The position numbers were made by a program, and so were the translations under genes. Shown here piece after piece: positions 25,825 through 35,507 of a DNA stretch of 64,000 nucleotides. Every line of letters starts with the position of its first letter. Positions within the stretch are counted from its first letter, which is position 1. The DNA is taken from assembly GCA_044346175.1 (NCBI GenBank), contig JBIIZQ010000005.1, forward strand, positions 86,985 through 150,984. Reading direction: 5' to 3'. The stretch is from Vampirovibrionales bacterium. GTDB lineage: Bacteria; Cyanobacteriota; Vampirovibrionia; Vampirovibrionales; JAJTHC01. The notes under the pieces were generated by a model. It did no database searches. It was given only the letters and a program-made list of their open reading frames with translations, and was not told the DNA's origin.

Positions 25825-27270
25825 TTATGGATGGGGGTGAGACGACGTAGAGACACAGGGGGCAATGACCTCCAAGAGTCTTTGGGCTAAGGTTTGCTTG
25901 CTTTGAAGTGGAAACTTTTTAGCGTTGAAGTTTTGCGTCGTGGCATCAGAAGATAACATCTCCCCAGTGGCTTGAATTAAAGTTACGGCATTGGTAGGGC
26001 TTTGAAACCCTGTGTTTGCACTATCCACACGGTTGAGAACAAGGGCATCCACACCTTTGCGGTTTCTTTTTTCGTTGGCAAGGGTTAAGTCTTCATGGAC
26101 TTCTGCTGCAAATCCAACCATATAACATTGCTGAGAAGGTATCCCATGGTCTTTTCGCTTTTTAGCAAGGCTTGCCAAGACATCAGGGTTAAGGGTTAGT
26201 GCGAGATGAATACTAGGGAGGGTGTCGTTTGCTTCGACTTGGACAAGGGTTTCTTTTTTTAATTTCTGTTGAATCGCAGGGGAAAGAGGTTTAAAGTCAC
26301 TCACGGCGGCGGCCATCCATAGGCAAGTGGGTTTGGCGAATGGTTCATCAAAGAGGAGAGATTCAAGACGCTGATGTAAGCTCTCTACGCATGGCGTGTA
26401 ATAGACGGGGTACGGTCGCACTGGCAAGCGTCCTTGGGGCATAGCGGCACATAGCACAACCTCTGCACCCTGCACCCACGCTTCATCGGCAAGTGCTACG
26501 CCCATTTTGCCTGAGCTACGGTTGGTAAGCACTCTTGCAACGTCAATGGCTTCTTGGGTACCACCAGCCGACACGATCACACGTTTGCCTGCCCACGCTT
26601 TGGGGGTTGGGTGGCAAGCTTTATAAAGTGCAAGGAGTACGTGGTCAAAGGGTGGAATATGACCTTTTCCTGTTTCACGACAGGCTAAAAATCCTGCTTC
26701 AGGCTCAAGCCCAATGTGCTGAGGGCGTGCCTGAAGGATGTGCCAATTTTCTTGAGTGGCGGGGTTTTCCCACATGCGTGTATTCATCGCAGGTACCCAT
26801 ACAACGGGTTTACCCGTAAAGGTTAGATAGGTGCAACTGAGGAGGTCATCGGTGAAGCCGTAACGACATTTTGCCATCATATTTGCACTGGCGGGGTACA
26901 TCAGGAGGACATCGCTTTGTTGAGGGTACCAAATGTGCCAAGGCGTTCCTGAAACAGGCTCAACGCCTAGAGGGTCAAGAATGACGGGATACCCTGATAA
27001 GCTTTGAAGGGTCAAAGGAGAGACGAACGCTTGGGCATTTGTACTTAGCACGACATAGACAGCCTCTGCCCCACGGCGATATAGCTCACGTATAAGGTCG
27101 CACGCTCTGTAGGCGGCAATGCTCCCAGATATGCCTAGGGTTATCCGCCTCCCTTTAAAATCCAGTAATGGGGTTGTGGGTGCATGTAGACTTTCTTGAG
27201 AAAAATCATGGATATCGCAAGTGTCTTCAAGTATTTCAGGAGGGGAGAGGGGGGGCGGTGTGCCTGTCAT
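25825..27270 (-). CDS. coaBC: Bifunctional phosphopantothenoylcysteine decarboxylase / phosphopantothenate-cysteine ligase
   Basis: GISGSIAAYRACDLIREL and PASANMMAKCRYGFTDDLL (flavoprotein half); SAGGTQEAIDVARVLTNRSSGKMG (CoaB half). About 35-aa N-terminal extension. Confidence 0.9.
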   Translation of the reverse strand: MTGTPPPLSPPEILEDTCDIHDFSQESLHAPTTPLLDFKGRRITLGISGSIAAYRACDLIRELYRRGAEAVYVVLSTNAQAFVSPLTLQSLSGYPVILDPLGVEPVSGTPWHIWYPQQSDVLLMYPASANMMAKCRYGFTDDLLSCTYLTFTGKPVVWVPAMNTRMWENPATQENWHILQARPQHIGLEPEAGFLACRETGKGHIPPFDHVLLALYKACHPTPKAWAGKRVIVSAGGTQEAIDVARVLTNRSSGKMGVALADEAWVQGAEVVLCAAMPQGRLPVRPYPVYYTPCVESLHQRLESLLFDEPFAKPTCLWMAAAVSDFKPLSPAIQQKLKKETLVQVEANDTLPSIHLALTLNPDVLASLAKKRKDHGIPSQQCYMVGFAAEVHEDLTLANEKRNRKGVDALVLNRVDSANTGFQSPTNAVTLIQATGEMLSSDATTQNFNAKKFPLQSKQTLAQRLLEVIAPCVSTSSHPHP

Positions 27271-27445
27271 AACATCATTGGGCTAGAGCTAGAAGGACTA
27301 AACTAGAAGGGCTGAAAACGTTAAATATAAAGGGTTTAGGTTGAACTGAGGTTATGCTTAAAAAGTGAAAACATTATCAGAGCATTATCACAAAGCGGGT
27401 ATGCCCTGTCTCTGTGCTTCTCTCTCGTTACCTTTAGTATATCAT

Positions 27446-27478
27446 CCTAAAACAAGCTTTGTGCCTAAAACAAGCTTT
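27446..27478 (+). promoter_or_regulatory. Tandem direct repeat CCTAAAACAAGCTTT x2 (18-nt period) in the coaBC/LCP divergent spacer
   Basis: Exact 15-mers at 27446-27460 and 27464-27478. Confidence 0.35.
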
Positions 27479-27632
27479 TAGGGTCGATAGCACCAAAATA
27501 TGCCATGGTGGTGTTCATGCCTTTAATAAACGCTTTTTTGGGTTTGAATAAAATCTTTTCATGAAAAAGCTATAGCAACCCTTATGTTGTAATGCTATGA
27601 TGAAAACATCTTTTTTTATTTTAGGCATAAAC

Positions 27633-27662
27633 CATGATGTTCGATGTCATGATGTGCGATGT
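27633..27662 (+). repeat. Tandem 15-nt repeat CATGATGT(T/G)CGATGT x2
   Basis: Copies at 27633-27647 and 27648-27662, with one mismatch. Confidence 0.5.
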
Positions 27663-27800
27663 AAAGTAACGCTTTCTGTAAACGGGTTGTTTACGCAAGG
27701 TTACTATAGCTTGCCATCAGATATGAGCCTACGGTTAGCTTTTTCTGTGAGTGTCGTTTACTCTGTTCTTTCTAGGATACCGTGTTAGCGAAGTAACCTT

Positions 27801-29402
27801 ATGGACACATCAACCCCGTTGCATCCTTCCTCTTCTTTTCCTTCTGTTTCTACTGAGTCTGTTACCGACCCTTCTACCAGCTCTGAAGACGGTGTGAGAC
27901 TTTTTGCTGAAACACGCACTGCATCCTATCGAGAATTACCTCCCTTAAGCGACCAGTTGAGTGAAAATCTTGAAAAAACAACCTTGTGGACGCACCAACC
28001 TAAAGCGTCTGCAACCACGGCGTTACCACCTAACCCATTGTTTGTTCAGCCGAACCAGTCTCAACGTCTGAAGCGTATCTTTCGTTTGGCACTCGTGGCT
28101 GGTTTTGGTGGACTTGTCTTTTTATTGGTATTTTTGTTGACGTTTAAACTCTTTGGAAGTACCCTGCAACAGTGGCTTTCGGGGATTCAGGGTGGTACGG
28201 TAGCACCGCTTCAATCTGGATTTTTGCCTACATTACAGAAAGATATGACACTTTTGGTGATGGGTGTGGATGTGAACCACAGTAACCCCATGGCACCTTT
28301 TGACGGTACACGCACAGACACCATGTTGCTGTTACGTTTAAAGGCGAAAAACCAATCGTTGAGTTTAATCTCGATGCCACGAGATAGTAAGGTCTATCTT
28401 GCGGGTGGTCGAGGTATTGATAAACTCAATGCAGCCCATGCCATTGGTGGCCCTGAGCTCGCCCTGCAAACGGTGCAAGAAACCTTGGGTATCCCTGTTG
28501 ACCATTACATGGTGGTGAATCTTGGTGCGGTGAGACAAGTGGTTGATGCGGTGGGTGGCATTGATATGACCATTCCTAAGCCTCTTCATTATACCGACCA
28601 TACCGCCAAGCTCCGTATTGACTTTGAGCCTGGTAAGTACCATCTTGATGGTAAGCAGGCTGAAGCCTATCTACGCTTTAGACACGATGCCCTTGGTGAC
28701 ATCGGGCGTATCAAGCGTCAACAGGAGTTTGTGTGGAGCGTGATGCAAAAGCTCAAACATGACCCGTTTATTTTGACCAAACTCCCTGGTATTTTTGGGG
28801 TGGTACAGCAGGAAATAAAAACGGATTTACCCATTGACCAGCTTGTAGCGGTTGCCAATTTGATGAAACAGGCAGATACTCGGAATCTTCAAGTGACGAC
28901 CCTTCCTGGCGCACCCTCTCAGCATAGTGCTGCCAGCTATTGGATTATTAACCCCACGGCGACTGAATCGGTTTTAAAAGAGTTTCTTGCCACGGACGTA
29001 GCCACGTTAACCCCTGAGCAACAAAGCACCTTACAGGCTCAACCTCTCAAAGTGGGAATTTATTATGTGAAAGCCCAGGCTTCAAATCTTGCTTTATGGC
29101 AAGCCTCTCTGAAGGCTCAGGGTATAGAGGTGCTTTGCACTACAAAAGTGCGTCAGCTTAACACGCAGTTATGGCATCGTGTTTCCCCCCCACAGTTACC
29201 AGCACAGTGGATGCAAACATTGTTGAAGGTCTCGCCAGAGTTTCAAGACTTGCCCTCTTTTGCGACCTATCACAGCATGATGGGGTATGAGTCTCCAGCT
29301 TGTCACCCCCAAGAGCAGTTAGCGATTGTACTGGGTGCAACGGCGTTGCCTCCTGTTGTGCCTCCTGCTGCGGGTTCTGATATTACAGCTTCAAAGCCGT
29401 AG
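27801..29402 (+). CDS. LytR-CpsA-Psr (LCP) family protein
   Basis: N-terminal TM anchor (LALVAGFGGLVFLLVFLLTF), TRTDTMLLLRL, LISMPRDS, NAAHAIGGPELALQTVQETLGIPVDHYMVVNL. Confidence 0.85.
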   Translation: MDTSTPLHPSSSFPSVSTESVTDPSTSSEDGVRLFAETRTASYRELPPLSDQLSENLEKTTLWTHQPKASATTALPPNPLFVQPNQSQRLKRIFRLALVAGFGGLVFLLVFLLTFKLFGSTLQQWLSGIQGGTVAPLQSGFLPTLQKDMTLLVMGVDVNHSNPMAPFDGTRTDTMLLLRLKAKNQSLSLISMPRDSKVYLAGGRGIDKLNAAHAIGGPELALQTVQETLGIPVDHYMVVNLGAVRQVVDAVGGIDMTIPKPLHYTDHTAKLRIDFEPGKYHLDGKQAEAYLRFRHDALGDIGRIKRQQEFVWSVMQKLKHDPFILTKLPGIFGVVQQEIKTDLPIDQLVAVANLMKQADTRNLQVTTLPGAPSQHSAASYWIINPTATESVLKEFLATDVATLTPEQQSTLQAQPLKVGIYYVKAQASNLALWQASLKAQGIEVLCTTKVRQLNTQLWHRVSPPQLPAQWMQTLLKVSPEFQDLPSFATYHSMMGYESPACHPQEQLAIVLGATALPPVVPPAAGSDITASKP

Positions 29403-29533
29403 TGTTTTAGGCTTGGTTCCTCGATAAGATTGCCCTCATGAGATTTTCCTCATGGCTTCCTCAATGAGAGGTCACTCTTTTTAAACAGCGTTTTAGTTTT
29501 ATGTTTTTAGATAATCCTTGGAGTTAGCGTTTT

Positions 29534-30397
29534 ATGATGGTTACTTTGCAAAGCAATGATTCGCATCGTTCGATATTAGCCTGCTTGATGCGTGCTTCTT
29601 TGGCGGGGCTATTATGCTTTATGGTAGGTATGACGCTTGTCTCTGTCACCGTAGCCCCTAGTTTTGCGGAAGAGGGGCCTGTACCTTCCGCTCCTAAGGC
29701 TCCAACACCTTCCACTACTGAGACCTTAAAAGAAAAAACAGGACTATTTAAAAATTCCTTCAAGAAACTTTTTGGTGCAAAAACAACCGAATCCTCCACT
29801 TCCGAAACGCCCTCTGAAGCCAGTGTGACTGGTGGGGGTTCTTCTGATACAAAATCGGCACCCGCTACACCCTCACAACCTCCATTTTTTCCTGTGCCTG
29901 AAGCACAGCCCACGGTTACGGCACCTGTCATGAGTACAGAGGCACCTCCTGATTTTTCATTGAATCGCTTGACGGATGCTGCGAACCCCTTTGGGCTAAC
30001 GGCTTCTAAGCTTAAACTTGAAAAAGCAGTCAAACTCTATCAAACACCTAACATGAATGCACAAGCCCTGAGTTTACTTACTGAACTTAAAAACTGGCTT
30101 GTACCCTGTGTTGAAAACCACATGTTGTTGTATCAAACGCTTGCTAAGGTGCCTAATGCCAAGGTGCAGTCTGACCTTGAAAAGCAAGTGGCACTTGAGT
30201 TTGCCAGTGTGCGTGATGAATCTCTTTACTGGTATGGTGCTGCTCTCATTAAAGCAGGTCGTGCCAAGGAAGCAGTGGAGCCTCTCATGGCCGTGATTCT
30301 ATCTCAGCCTCGGCGTGAGTTTGGTATTAAAGCTTACGAGCAGTTGCAAAAAATAGGTTTCACAGAGCGTGTTCAGGTCAACATGCTTAAGAATTAG
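29534..30397 (+). CDS. Exported hypothetical protein (287 aa): S/T/P-rich linker plus a helical C-terminal domain
   Basis: Starts ATGATG. Signal-like segment LAGLLCFMVGMTLVSVTVAPSFA. The antisense ORF 29524-30033 is Gly/Val/Ser junk. Confidence 0.6.
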   Translation: MMVTLQSNDSHRSILACLMRASLAGLLCFMVGMTLVSVTVAPSFAEEGPVPSAPKAPTPSTTETLKEKTGLFKNSFKKLFGAKTTESSTSETPSEASVTGGGSSDTKSAPATPSQPPFFPVPEAQPTVTAPVMSTEAPPDFSLNRLTDAANPFGLTASKLKLEKAVKLYQTPNMNAQALSLLTELKNWLVPCVENHMLLYQTLAKVPNAKVQSDLEKQVALEFASVRDESLYWYGAALIKAGRAKEAVEPLMAVILSQPRREFGIKAYEQLQKIGFTERVQVNMLKN

Positions 30398-30428
30398 TTT
30401 TTTTAACCATAAAGGCTGATGCTGCGTC

Positions 30429-31235
30429 ATGTTTATTTCGTTAAAGCCACTTTGGCAACGAGCGATAGCTCATCGTGGAGGGGTGTGGGATACGCCTCAA
30501 GAACGAAATACATGGCGCAGTATTGCTTTGGCAGGGCAGCAAAAGCTTATCCCTGAAATTGACTTGGTCCCCCTTCGTGATGGCACCCCTGTGGTGTGTC
30601 ATAATCCTTGGTTGCCCAAGTATCTTCGAGGAGACCAGCCTTGGTTTAAAGCCCTTGTACCTCTCATGACCAAAGCGCAGTATGAAGCCCTTTGCCACAA
30701 AGCAGGCGTATTACCGTTGACGTTGGATGCTGTCCTTGCATCGGTTAAAAAAAATCCTGTATTACTTGATATTAAAATGCTTTCACCCAAAATGAAGGAT
30801 TGGCTCAAAACGTATGCTTTTGAGTCGTATCATCGTGAAACGCTACGTTTGCAGAGTTTTTTTAGCAAAGATATTGCATGGCTTAAACAACATACACCAC
30901 TCAAGGTTTGGCAGGTTATTGGGCTAGATGAGTCAGCACTCTCCTTGCATAGTTCACGCTTTTTTAATGGACTCAGTCATTTATGGGCAACCATACAACT
31001 GAGCGGTAAACGTGCTAAAACACCTGATGGGTTCAATATTGCGGGAAATCTGATAAAAGAAGATGGCACGCCTGTTCGTACGATTGAGCCTTTGTTGCAG
31101 TCTGCACAAAAAGGTATAGAAATTACGTTTTGGTCTGTCGTGAATCCTGTCAAGCAAGCACTGTTTAAATCTTTTGCGACGGTGGGTCAAGTGATAGAAG
31201 GGAATAAAGTCAATGTTCTCAGACACTTTACCTAA
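30429..31235 (+). CDS. Glycerophosphodiester phosphodiesterase (GDPD)-like protein, possibly non-canonical
   Basis: IAHRGG...ERNT...EIDLVPLRDGTPVVCHNPW follows the HRG / E-x-D / HD pattern, but with HN in place of HD. Confidence 0.5.
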   Translation: MFISLKPLWQRAIAHRGGVWDTPQERNTWRSIALAGQQKLIPEIDLVPLRDGTPVVCHNPWLPKYLRGDQPWFKALVPLMTKAQYEALCHKAGVLPLTLDAVLASVKKNPVLLDIKMLSPKMKDWLKTYAFESYHRETLRLQSFFSKDIAWLKQHTPLKVWQVIGLDESALSLHSSRFFNGLSHLWATIQLSGKRAKTPDGFNIAGNLIKEDGTPVRTIEPLLQSAQKGIEITFWSVVNPVKQALFKSFATVGQVIEGNKVNVLRHFT

Positions 31236-31782
31236 CGTGCCTCAGCCTGTACTCCTTCCTTTTAAGGGGCAAATGCCCAAGGTGCATCCTACCGCTTTTA
31301 TCGCTCCTGGTGCTGTCCTTGTAGGAGATGTCACGGTGGGGGCTTACAGTAGCGTATGGTATGGCTGTGTATTACGAGGGGATGTCGCCCCGATTGTGAT
31401 AGGGGAGCGTACCAATATTCAGGATGGCACTGTGATTCATGTGGCGAGTGCGGAAATTGGCGGCAAGCAGACTCCCACACATATAGGGGATGATGTGACG
31501 GTGGGGCATCAAGCACTTTTACATGCGTGTTGTGTTGAGAGGCAGTCTCTTGTGGGGATGAAAAGCGTGATGCTGGATGGTAGTACCCTTGCCCAAGGGA
31601 GCATGTTGGCGGCACATAGCATGCTCACCAAAGGTAAAACAGTCCCCACGGGTATGCTATGGGCGGGGAGTCCTGCAAAGATGCTACGCTCGCTGAAAGA
31701 CCATGAAACCGCATGGTTATTGACCTCGGCATGTCATTATGTGACACTGGCTCAAGCAGCAAGTGAAAGTTTAAAGACGTGA
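31213..31782 (+). CDS. Gamma-carbonic-anhydrase-like / left-handed beta-helix (YrdA/PaaY) family protein
   Basis: Hexapeptide repeats and VWYGCVLRGDVAPIVIGERTNIQDGTVIHV. Overlaps the preceding gene by 23 nt. Confidence 0.8.
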   Translation: MFSDTLPNVPQPVLLPFKGQMPKVHPTAFIAPGAVLVGDVTVGAYSSVWYGCVLRGDVAPIVIGERTNIQDGTVIHVASAEIGGKQTPTHIGDDVTVGHQALLHACCVERQSLVGMKSVMLDGSTLAQGSMLAAHSMLTKGKTVPTGMLWAGSPAKMLRSLKDHETAWLLTSACHYVTLAQAASESLKT

Positions 31783-31853
31783 TACGAAGGACGTTATCAG
31801 TTGATGATGTGTCTCTTCCCTATGATGCTAGCCCTTAGAAAGGCACTTAAGTT

Positions 31854-32294
31854 ATGATATTTCGTCCTTATGGCATGCCTTCTGTGCCACCCTCGTGGCA
31901 AGCAAGAGTCTTGTTACCACTGGTGTATGCGGGGATTGGGTACTTAGCAGTTACAAATCCAGCCTTTGGCTGGGTATGGCCTTTGATTTTATGCTTTTTA
32001 GGCTACTGGATTTTAAAGCGACAGTTGAGTGCCTTCTCGTGTCATCATATCGTACAAGCTTTGGGTGGCTCGGCGTTTGTAATGAGCATGATAGACGTGT
32101 GCCGAGCTTATATTTTACCCTTTTTCCAAGCAACGGATTTTACAAAAACGATGCCTTGGGGTACCCTCTCTTACTGGATGATGTTGCTTGGCATGGCACT
32201 TGTCCTAGCAGTGGTTGTAACAGGCGGGGTGTGTGCTTTGTTAGGACGACGGTTTTACATCCCTTGGGTGAGTGATGTGTTAGGCTTAGACTAG
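31854..32294 (+). CDS. Small integral membrane protein (146 aa, about 4 TM)
   Basis: Four hydrophobic segments. The competing frame 31895-32275 looks non-proteinaceous. Confidence 0.5.
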   Translation: MIFRPYGMPSVPPSWQARVLLPLVYAGIGYLAVTNPAFGWVWPLILCFLGYWILKRQLSAFSCHHIVQALGGSAFVMSMIDVCRAYILPFFQATDFTKTMPWGTLSYWMMLLGMALVLAVVVTGGVCALLGRRFYIPWVSDVLGLD

Positions 32295-32316
32295 GGGCTG
32301 TTTTTAAAACAGCCCC
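32294..32316. terminator. Bidirectional hairpin between convergent genes
   Basis: GGGGCTGTTTT-T-AAAACAGCCCC. Confidence 0.6.
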
Positions 32317-32327
32317 TCATCCTCAAT

Positions 32328-33941
32328 TTATGGTGTTGGAAACCACTGGTGCCACTTGGCACTGACTTGTGCTTTCATCGTATCGGACATCTCGATTTCC
32401 TCAGGCCACTCTCGAGTATAGCCTTCCGATTCCCAGCGACGTGTGGCATCGATACCTACTTTGGTACCATAGGCGTAACGTCTTGCACCGTGGTCAAGTA
32501 CGTCTTGAGGTCCTTCAGAAAACATCATATCGTATTGAGGGTCTGTGTTATTAAACACGTGGAAGGCAACTTCTGACGGGTTTTGAACATCCACATGCTC
32601 ATCTACGATGATAATGTATTTTGAAAACATCATTTGCCCTAACCCCCAAATTCCCGACATCACCTTACGGGCATGCCCTGGATAACGCTTCTTGATGCTT
32701 AAAATGACGCAGTTATGAAACACGCCTTCCCATGGCAGGTTCATATCCACAATTTCAGGAAGGAAAAGTTGTGCTAAGGGTAGGAACATCTGCTCAGTGG
32801 CTTTCCCCATGTAGCAGTCTTCTTGAGGCGGCTTGCCTACAATCGTGGTTTGATAGATAGGGTTTTGGCGGTGGGTCATGGCGGTGATATGAAACACGGG
32901 GTAATCATCTGCCAAGGAGTAAAACCCTGTGTGGTCGCCAAAAGGACCTTCCCGACGGAGTTCATCCAGTAGGACATACCCTTCCAAAATAATTTCACTA
33001 TGGGCGGGAACGTCAATATCCACGGTTTTACATTTGACCATTTCAACCGCTTTTTTGTGCAAAAAGCCTGCAAAAAGAAGTTCATGAATCCCTGGTGGTA
33101 AGGGAGCCGTGGCACTATACACCACGTGTTGCGGTGCCCCAATGGCTACAGCAACCTCAAGACGGTCAAGCCCCATAGCACGGGCATTCTCGTAAATACG
33201 CTTGCCATCGTGATGTTTATGCCAGTGCATCCCTGTCGTGGCATTGTCGTATTTTTGCATCCGATACATGCCTACGTTTTTTTCCCCTGTTTTGGGGTCT
33301 TTCAGAAAGATAGTGCCAAAGGTAATAAACGGACCTCCATCATCGGGCCAACATGTCAGGATAGGTAATTTATCGAGCATGGGTTGTGTGGTGTCTGTAA
33401 TGACCACTTCTTGGCAAGGTGCTACCGTGCTGGCTTTGTAGGGCTGAGGAAAAATATGGCGTAACTCTGCAAACTGAGGCAACATTGCCATTTTGTCTAA
33501 TAAGCCACCTTCTAAAGCACCTGAAAGCATCGCCATATCAGGCTTGACATAAAAACGAATGCGCTCTTGAAGGGCTTTATAGTCGGTAATAGTCCCTGTG
33601 TTGAGAAGCCCCAAAGCACGGAGCATTCTTGGATGGGTGCCTAAGGCGTTAATCAGTAGGGGAATTGGATGTCCCTTGGGGTTTTCAAACAGAAGGGCTT
33701 TGTTCTGAGCCTCGGGCAGTTTACTGATACGGTCGGTAATTTCAGTAATTTCTAGGTGAGGGTCAGCTTCAGCTTTAATGCGTACGAGGTCGTTTTGTGC
33801 TTCAAGTTGGGTGATAAAGGTTCGTAAATCAATGGGGGCAGGGTCGCCACCCGTCATGGTTACGCCACTACTTTGAGCCAGTTGTCCTAATTGACCCAGT
33901 TTTTCGGTCATACTACCCAACATGCCAAATACCATCATCAT
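32328..33941 (-). CDS. UbiD-family (prenylated-FMN dependent) decarboxylase
   Basis: REGPFGDHTGFYS, GMHWHKHHDG, and the length. Starts ATGATGATG with AAAGGAG 10 nt upstream. Confidence 0.85.
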   Translation of the reverse strand: MMMVFGMLGSMTEKLGQLGQLAQSSGVTMTGGDPAPIDLRTFITQLEAQNDLVRIKAEADPHLEITEITDRISKLPEAQNKALLFENPKGHPIPLLINALGTHPRMLRALGLLNTGTITDYKALQERIRFYVKPDMAMLSGALEGGLLDKMAMLPQFAELRHIFPQPYKASTVAPCQEVVITDTTQPMLDKLPILTCWPDDGGPFITFGTIFLKDPKTGEKNVGMYRMQKYDNATTGMHWHKHHDGKRIYENARAMGLDRLEVAVAIGAPQHVVYSATAPLPPGIHELLFAGFLHKKAVEMVKCKTVDIDVPAHSEIILEGYVLLDELRREGPFGDHTGFYSLADDYPVFHITAMTHRQNPIYQTTIVGKPPQEDCYMGKATEQMFLPLAQLFLPEIVDMNLPWEGVFHNCVILSIKKRYPGHARKVMSGIWGLGQMMFSKYIIIVDEHVDVQNPSEVAFHVFNNTDPQYDMMFSEGPQDVLDHGARRYAYGTKVGIDATRRWESEGYTREWPEEIEMSDTMKAQVSAKWHQWFPTP

Positions 33942-34110
33942 GATGAGGACACTCCTTTATAGGGTTGTGTTGTGCGTGCGAAAGCATTTAAACGTACTTA
34001 TAGCGTACGGAGACTCACAGACCTTATATCTAAAAGTGCATACCTGTGAGTAGTATTCTCAGCTTATCGCACCCAAGCTTACGGTAAAAGTGGCATTAAG
34101 CTATTCTTTA

Positions 34111-34142
34111 TATGGCACTTTTGAAATATGGCACTTTTGAAA
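34111..34142 (+). repeat. Tandem 16-nt repeat TATGGCACTTTTGAAA x2
   Basis: Exact copies at 34111-34126 and 34127-34142. Confidence 0.5.
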
Positions 34143-34284
34143 TCTTCCCAAACGAAGTACTAGCTTCCCCATGTCCTTACATACTAGAAGTCGATTCTTG
34201 AGAGTTTTGCCTTACACTTCCTTGAAAAATATTGGTCGTCGTTGTTTTTGACTTAAAGTTTTGCTTTTTATTGCCGAAAAGCTT

Positions 34285-34316
34285 TAAGAGGATATTGTTT
34301 TTAAGAGGATATTGTT
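34285..34316 (+). promoter_or_regulatory. Direct repeat TAAGAGGATATTGTT x2 (17-nt period), 25 nt upstream of ORF 34341
   Basis: Exact 15-mers at 34285-34299 and 34302-34316. Confidence 0.4.
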
Positions 34317-34340
34317 ATTGTCGGCTATTTTAGAATTGGA

Positions 34341-34754
34341 ATGATAAGTATCATGAACACCATCAATACTCCTAATGTACCTACTACAGGTTTTAACCCT
34401 AAAAAATTACTAGATGAAGCTAGACAACGCCTCAAAACCAGAAATAACGACACGTTAAAACAACTTACAAATTTTGTGGTGCCTAAAAATCAAACCCCTT
34501 CAAATCCTGCTACTAATTTGTTAACCCCAAGTCGTATACGTGAACATGCTGCCCAAGGGAACAGTGTGTTTAATCAGTTTAACATTACAGAGGAAATACC
34601 CGAGTCACAAGTGATTCCTCAAGAAAAGCCAGAACCAACTGTGGTTAATAATACTCCCAAGCCTCCTCCTCAGCCTTCTACTCAAAGTGCCTATGAGAGT
34701 ATTGCAGATATTGAGAGACGATTGACCGCCGAATACCAAAATTACTTGAGATAG
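34341..34754 (+). CDS. Orphan N/T/P/Q-rich protein (137 aa)
   Basis: An ORF only. Its composition resembles other orphans in the window. No recognisable domain or TM segment. Confidence 0.4.
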   Translation: MISIMNTINTPNVPTTGFNPKKLLDEARQRLKTRNNDTLKQLTNFVVPKNQTPSNPATNLLTPSRIREHAAQGNSVFNQFNITEEIPESQVIPQEKPEPTVVNNTPKPPPQPSTQSAYESIADIERRLTAEYQNYLR

Positions 34755-34843
34755 TAGCATTCAAGTTTTAGTAAACCATGCCTGCTTATTTTGTGGCATA
34801 ACAAGTGAGAATTTGTTCCTACAGTTTATGCTATTGGTTTCTT

Positions 34844-35467
34844 CTACAGCACCTGCCGTACCTTGGTACTGGCACGATAAATACCCTCGTATTCTGCTTT
34901 GAATCGACTCATGACCTCCAAGGCAAACGCCTCGGGAGATAGCGTCGTGGGTAAAAGTTCGTGGCTTTGTAACCCTGCGGTAGGTACGGGAGTCCCCTCA
35001 TGGGAAAGATTCAACCCTACATGCAACAAGCTAGAGACCACACTAGGTGCCACAATACTTACCGAGAGCTTGCGTCGTGTGGTAAGCTCAGCAACGCCAT
35101 CAGGGTACCAGTACAGGTCATCGCCATGACGTTGGAAGCTTCCAGCATGCAGTATATGAGGGTTTAGCTGGGTTAGCGTTTCATACACTACGCTCATAAA
35201 GAGTCTTTGCATCCACACACCTTGTAAAAGAGAGGTATGAAAAAACTCTCCTATGAAGTGCAACATGCTTGGACTATAAATAGGGGCTTTTTTACGAACA
35301 TCTTCAACGTCAACCATTTCAGAGAGTGCCACCAAAGCCTCACCCGTAAAAGCCACAATGCCTGAGCCGTACTGATTTGAAAGCTCAAGTGCCATGTGTG
35401 GGTGTAACTGTGACCCATCATAGTTTAAAGGCGTAGGGTGCCAATAGGTATAAAGTATGCTTTGCAT
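34844..35467 (-). CDS. Hypothetical protein (207 aa), globular-looking
   Basis: Balanced composition and a clean ORF with a weak antisense alternative. I cannot name the family. Confidence 0.55.
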   Translation of the reverse strand: MQSILYTYWHPTPLNYDGSQLHPHMALELSNQYGSGIVAFTGEALVALSEMVDVEDVRKKAPIYSPSMLHFIGEFFHTSLLQGVWMQRLFMSVVYETLTQLNPHILHAGSFQRHGDDLYWYPDGVAELTTRRKLSVSIVAPSVVSSLLHVGLNLSHEGTPVPTAGLQSHELLPTTLSPEAFALEVMSRFKAEYEGIYRASTKVRQVL

Positions 35468-35507
35468 GGTGGGGACAGTTTCTTATTGAAAGGATTGACT
35501 TATTGAC

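Noticed and set aside
27633-27662. Possible CRISPR-like or minisatellite array
   Set aside because: There are only two 15-nt units with no spacers and no further copies. No cas genes are present in the window.
29524-30033. 169-aa minus-strand ORF
   Set aside because: It is antisense to the signal-peptide-bearing 29534-30397 gene. It has a G/V/S/A-rich mirror composition and no start context.
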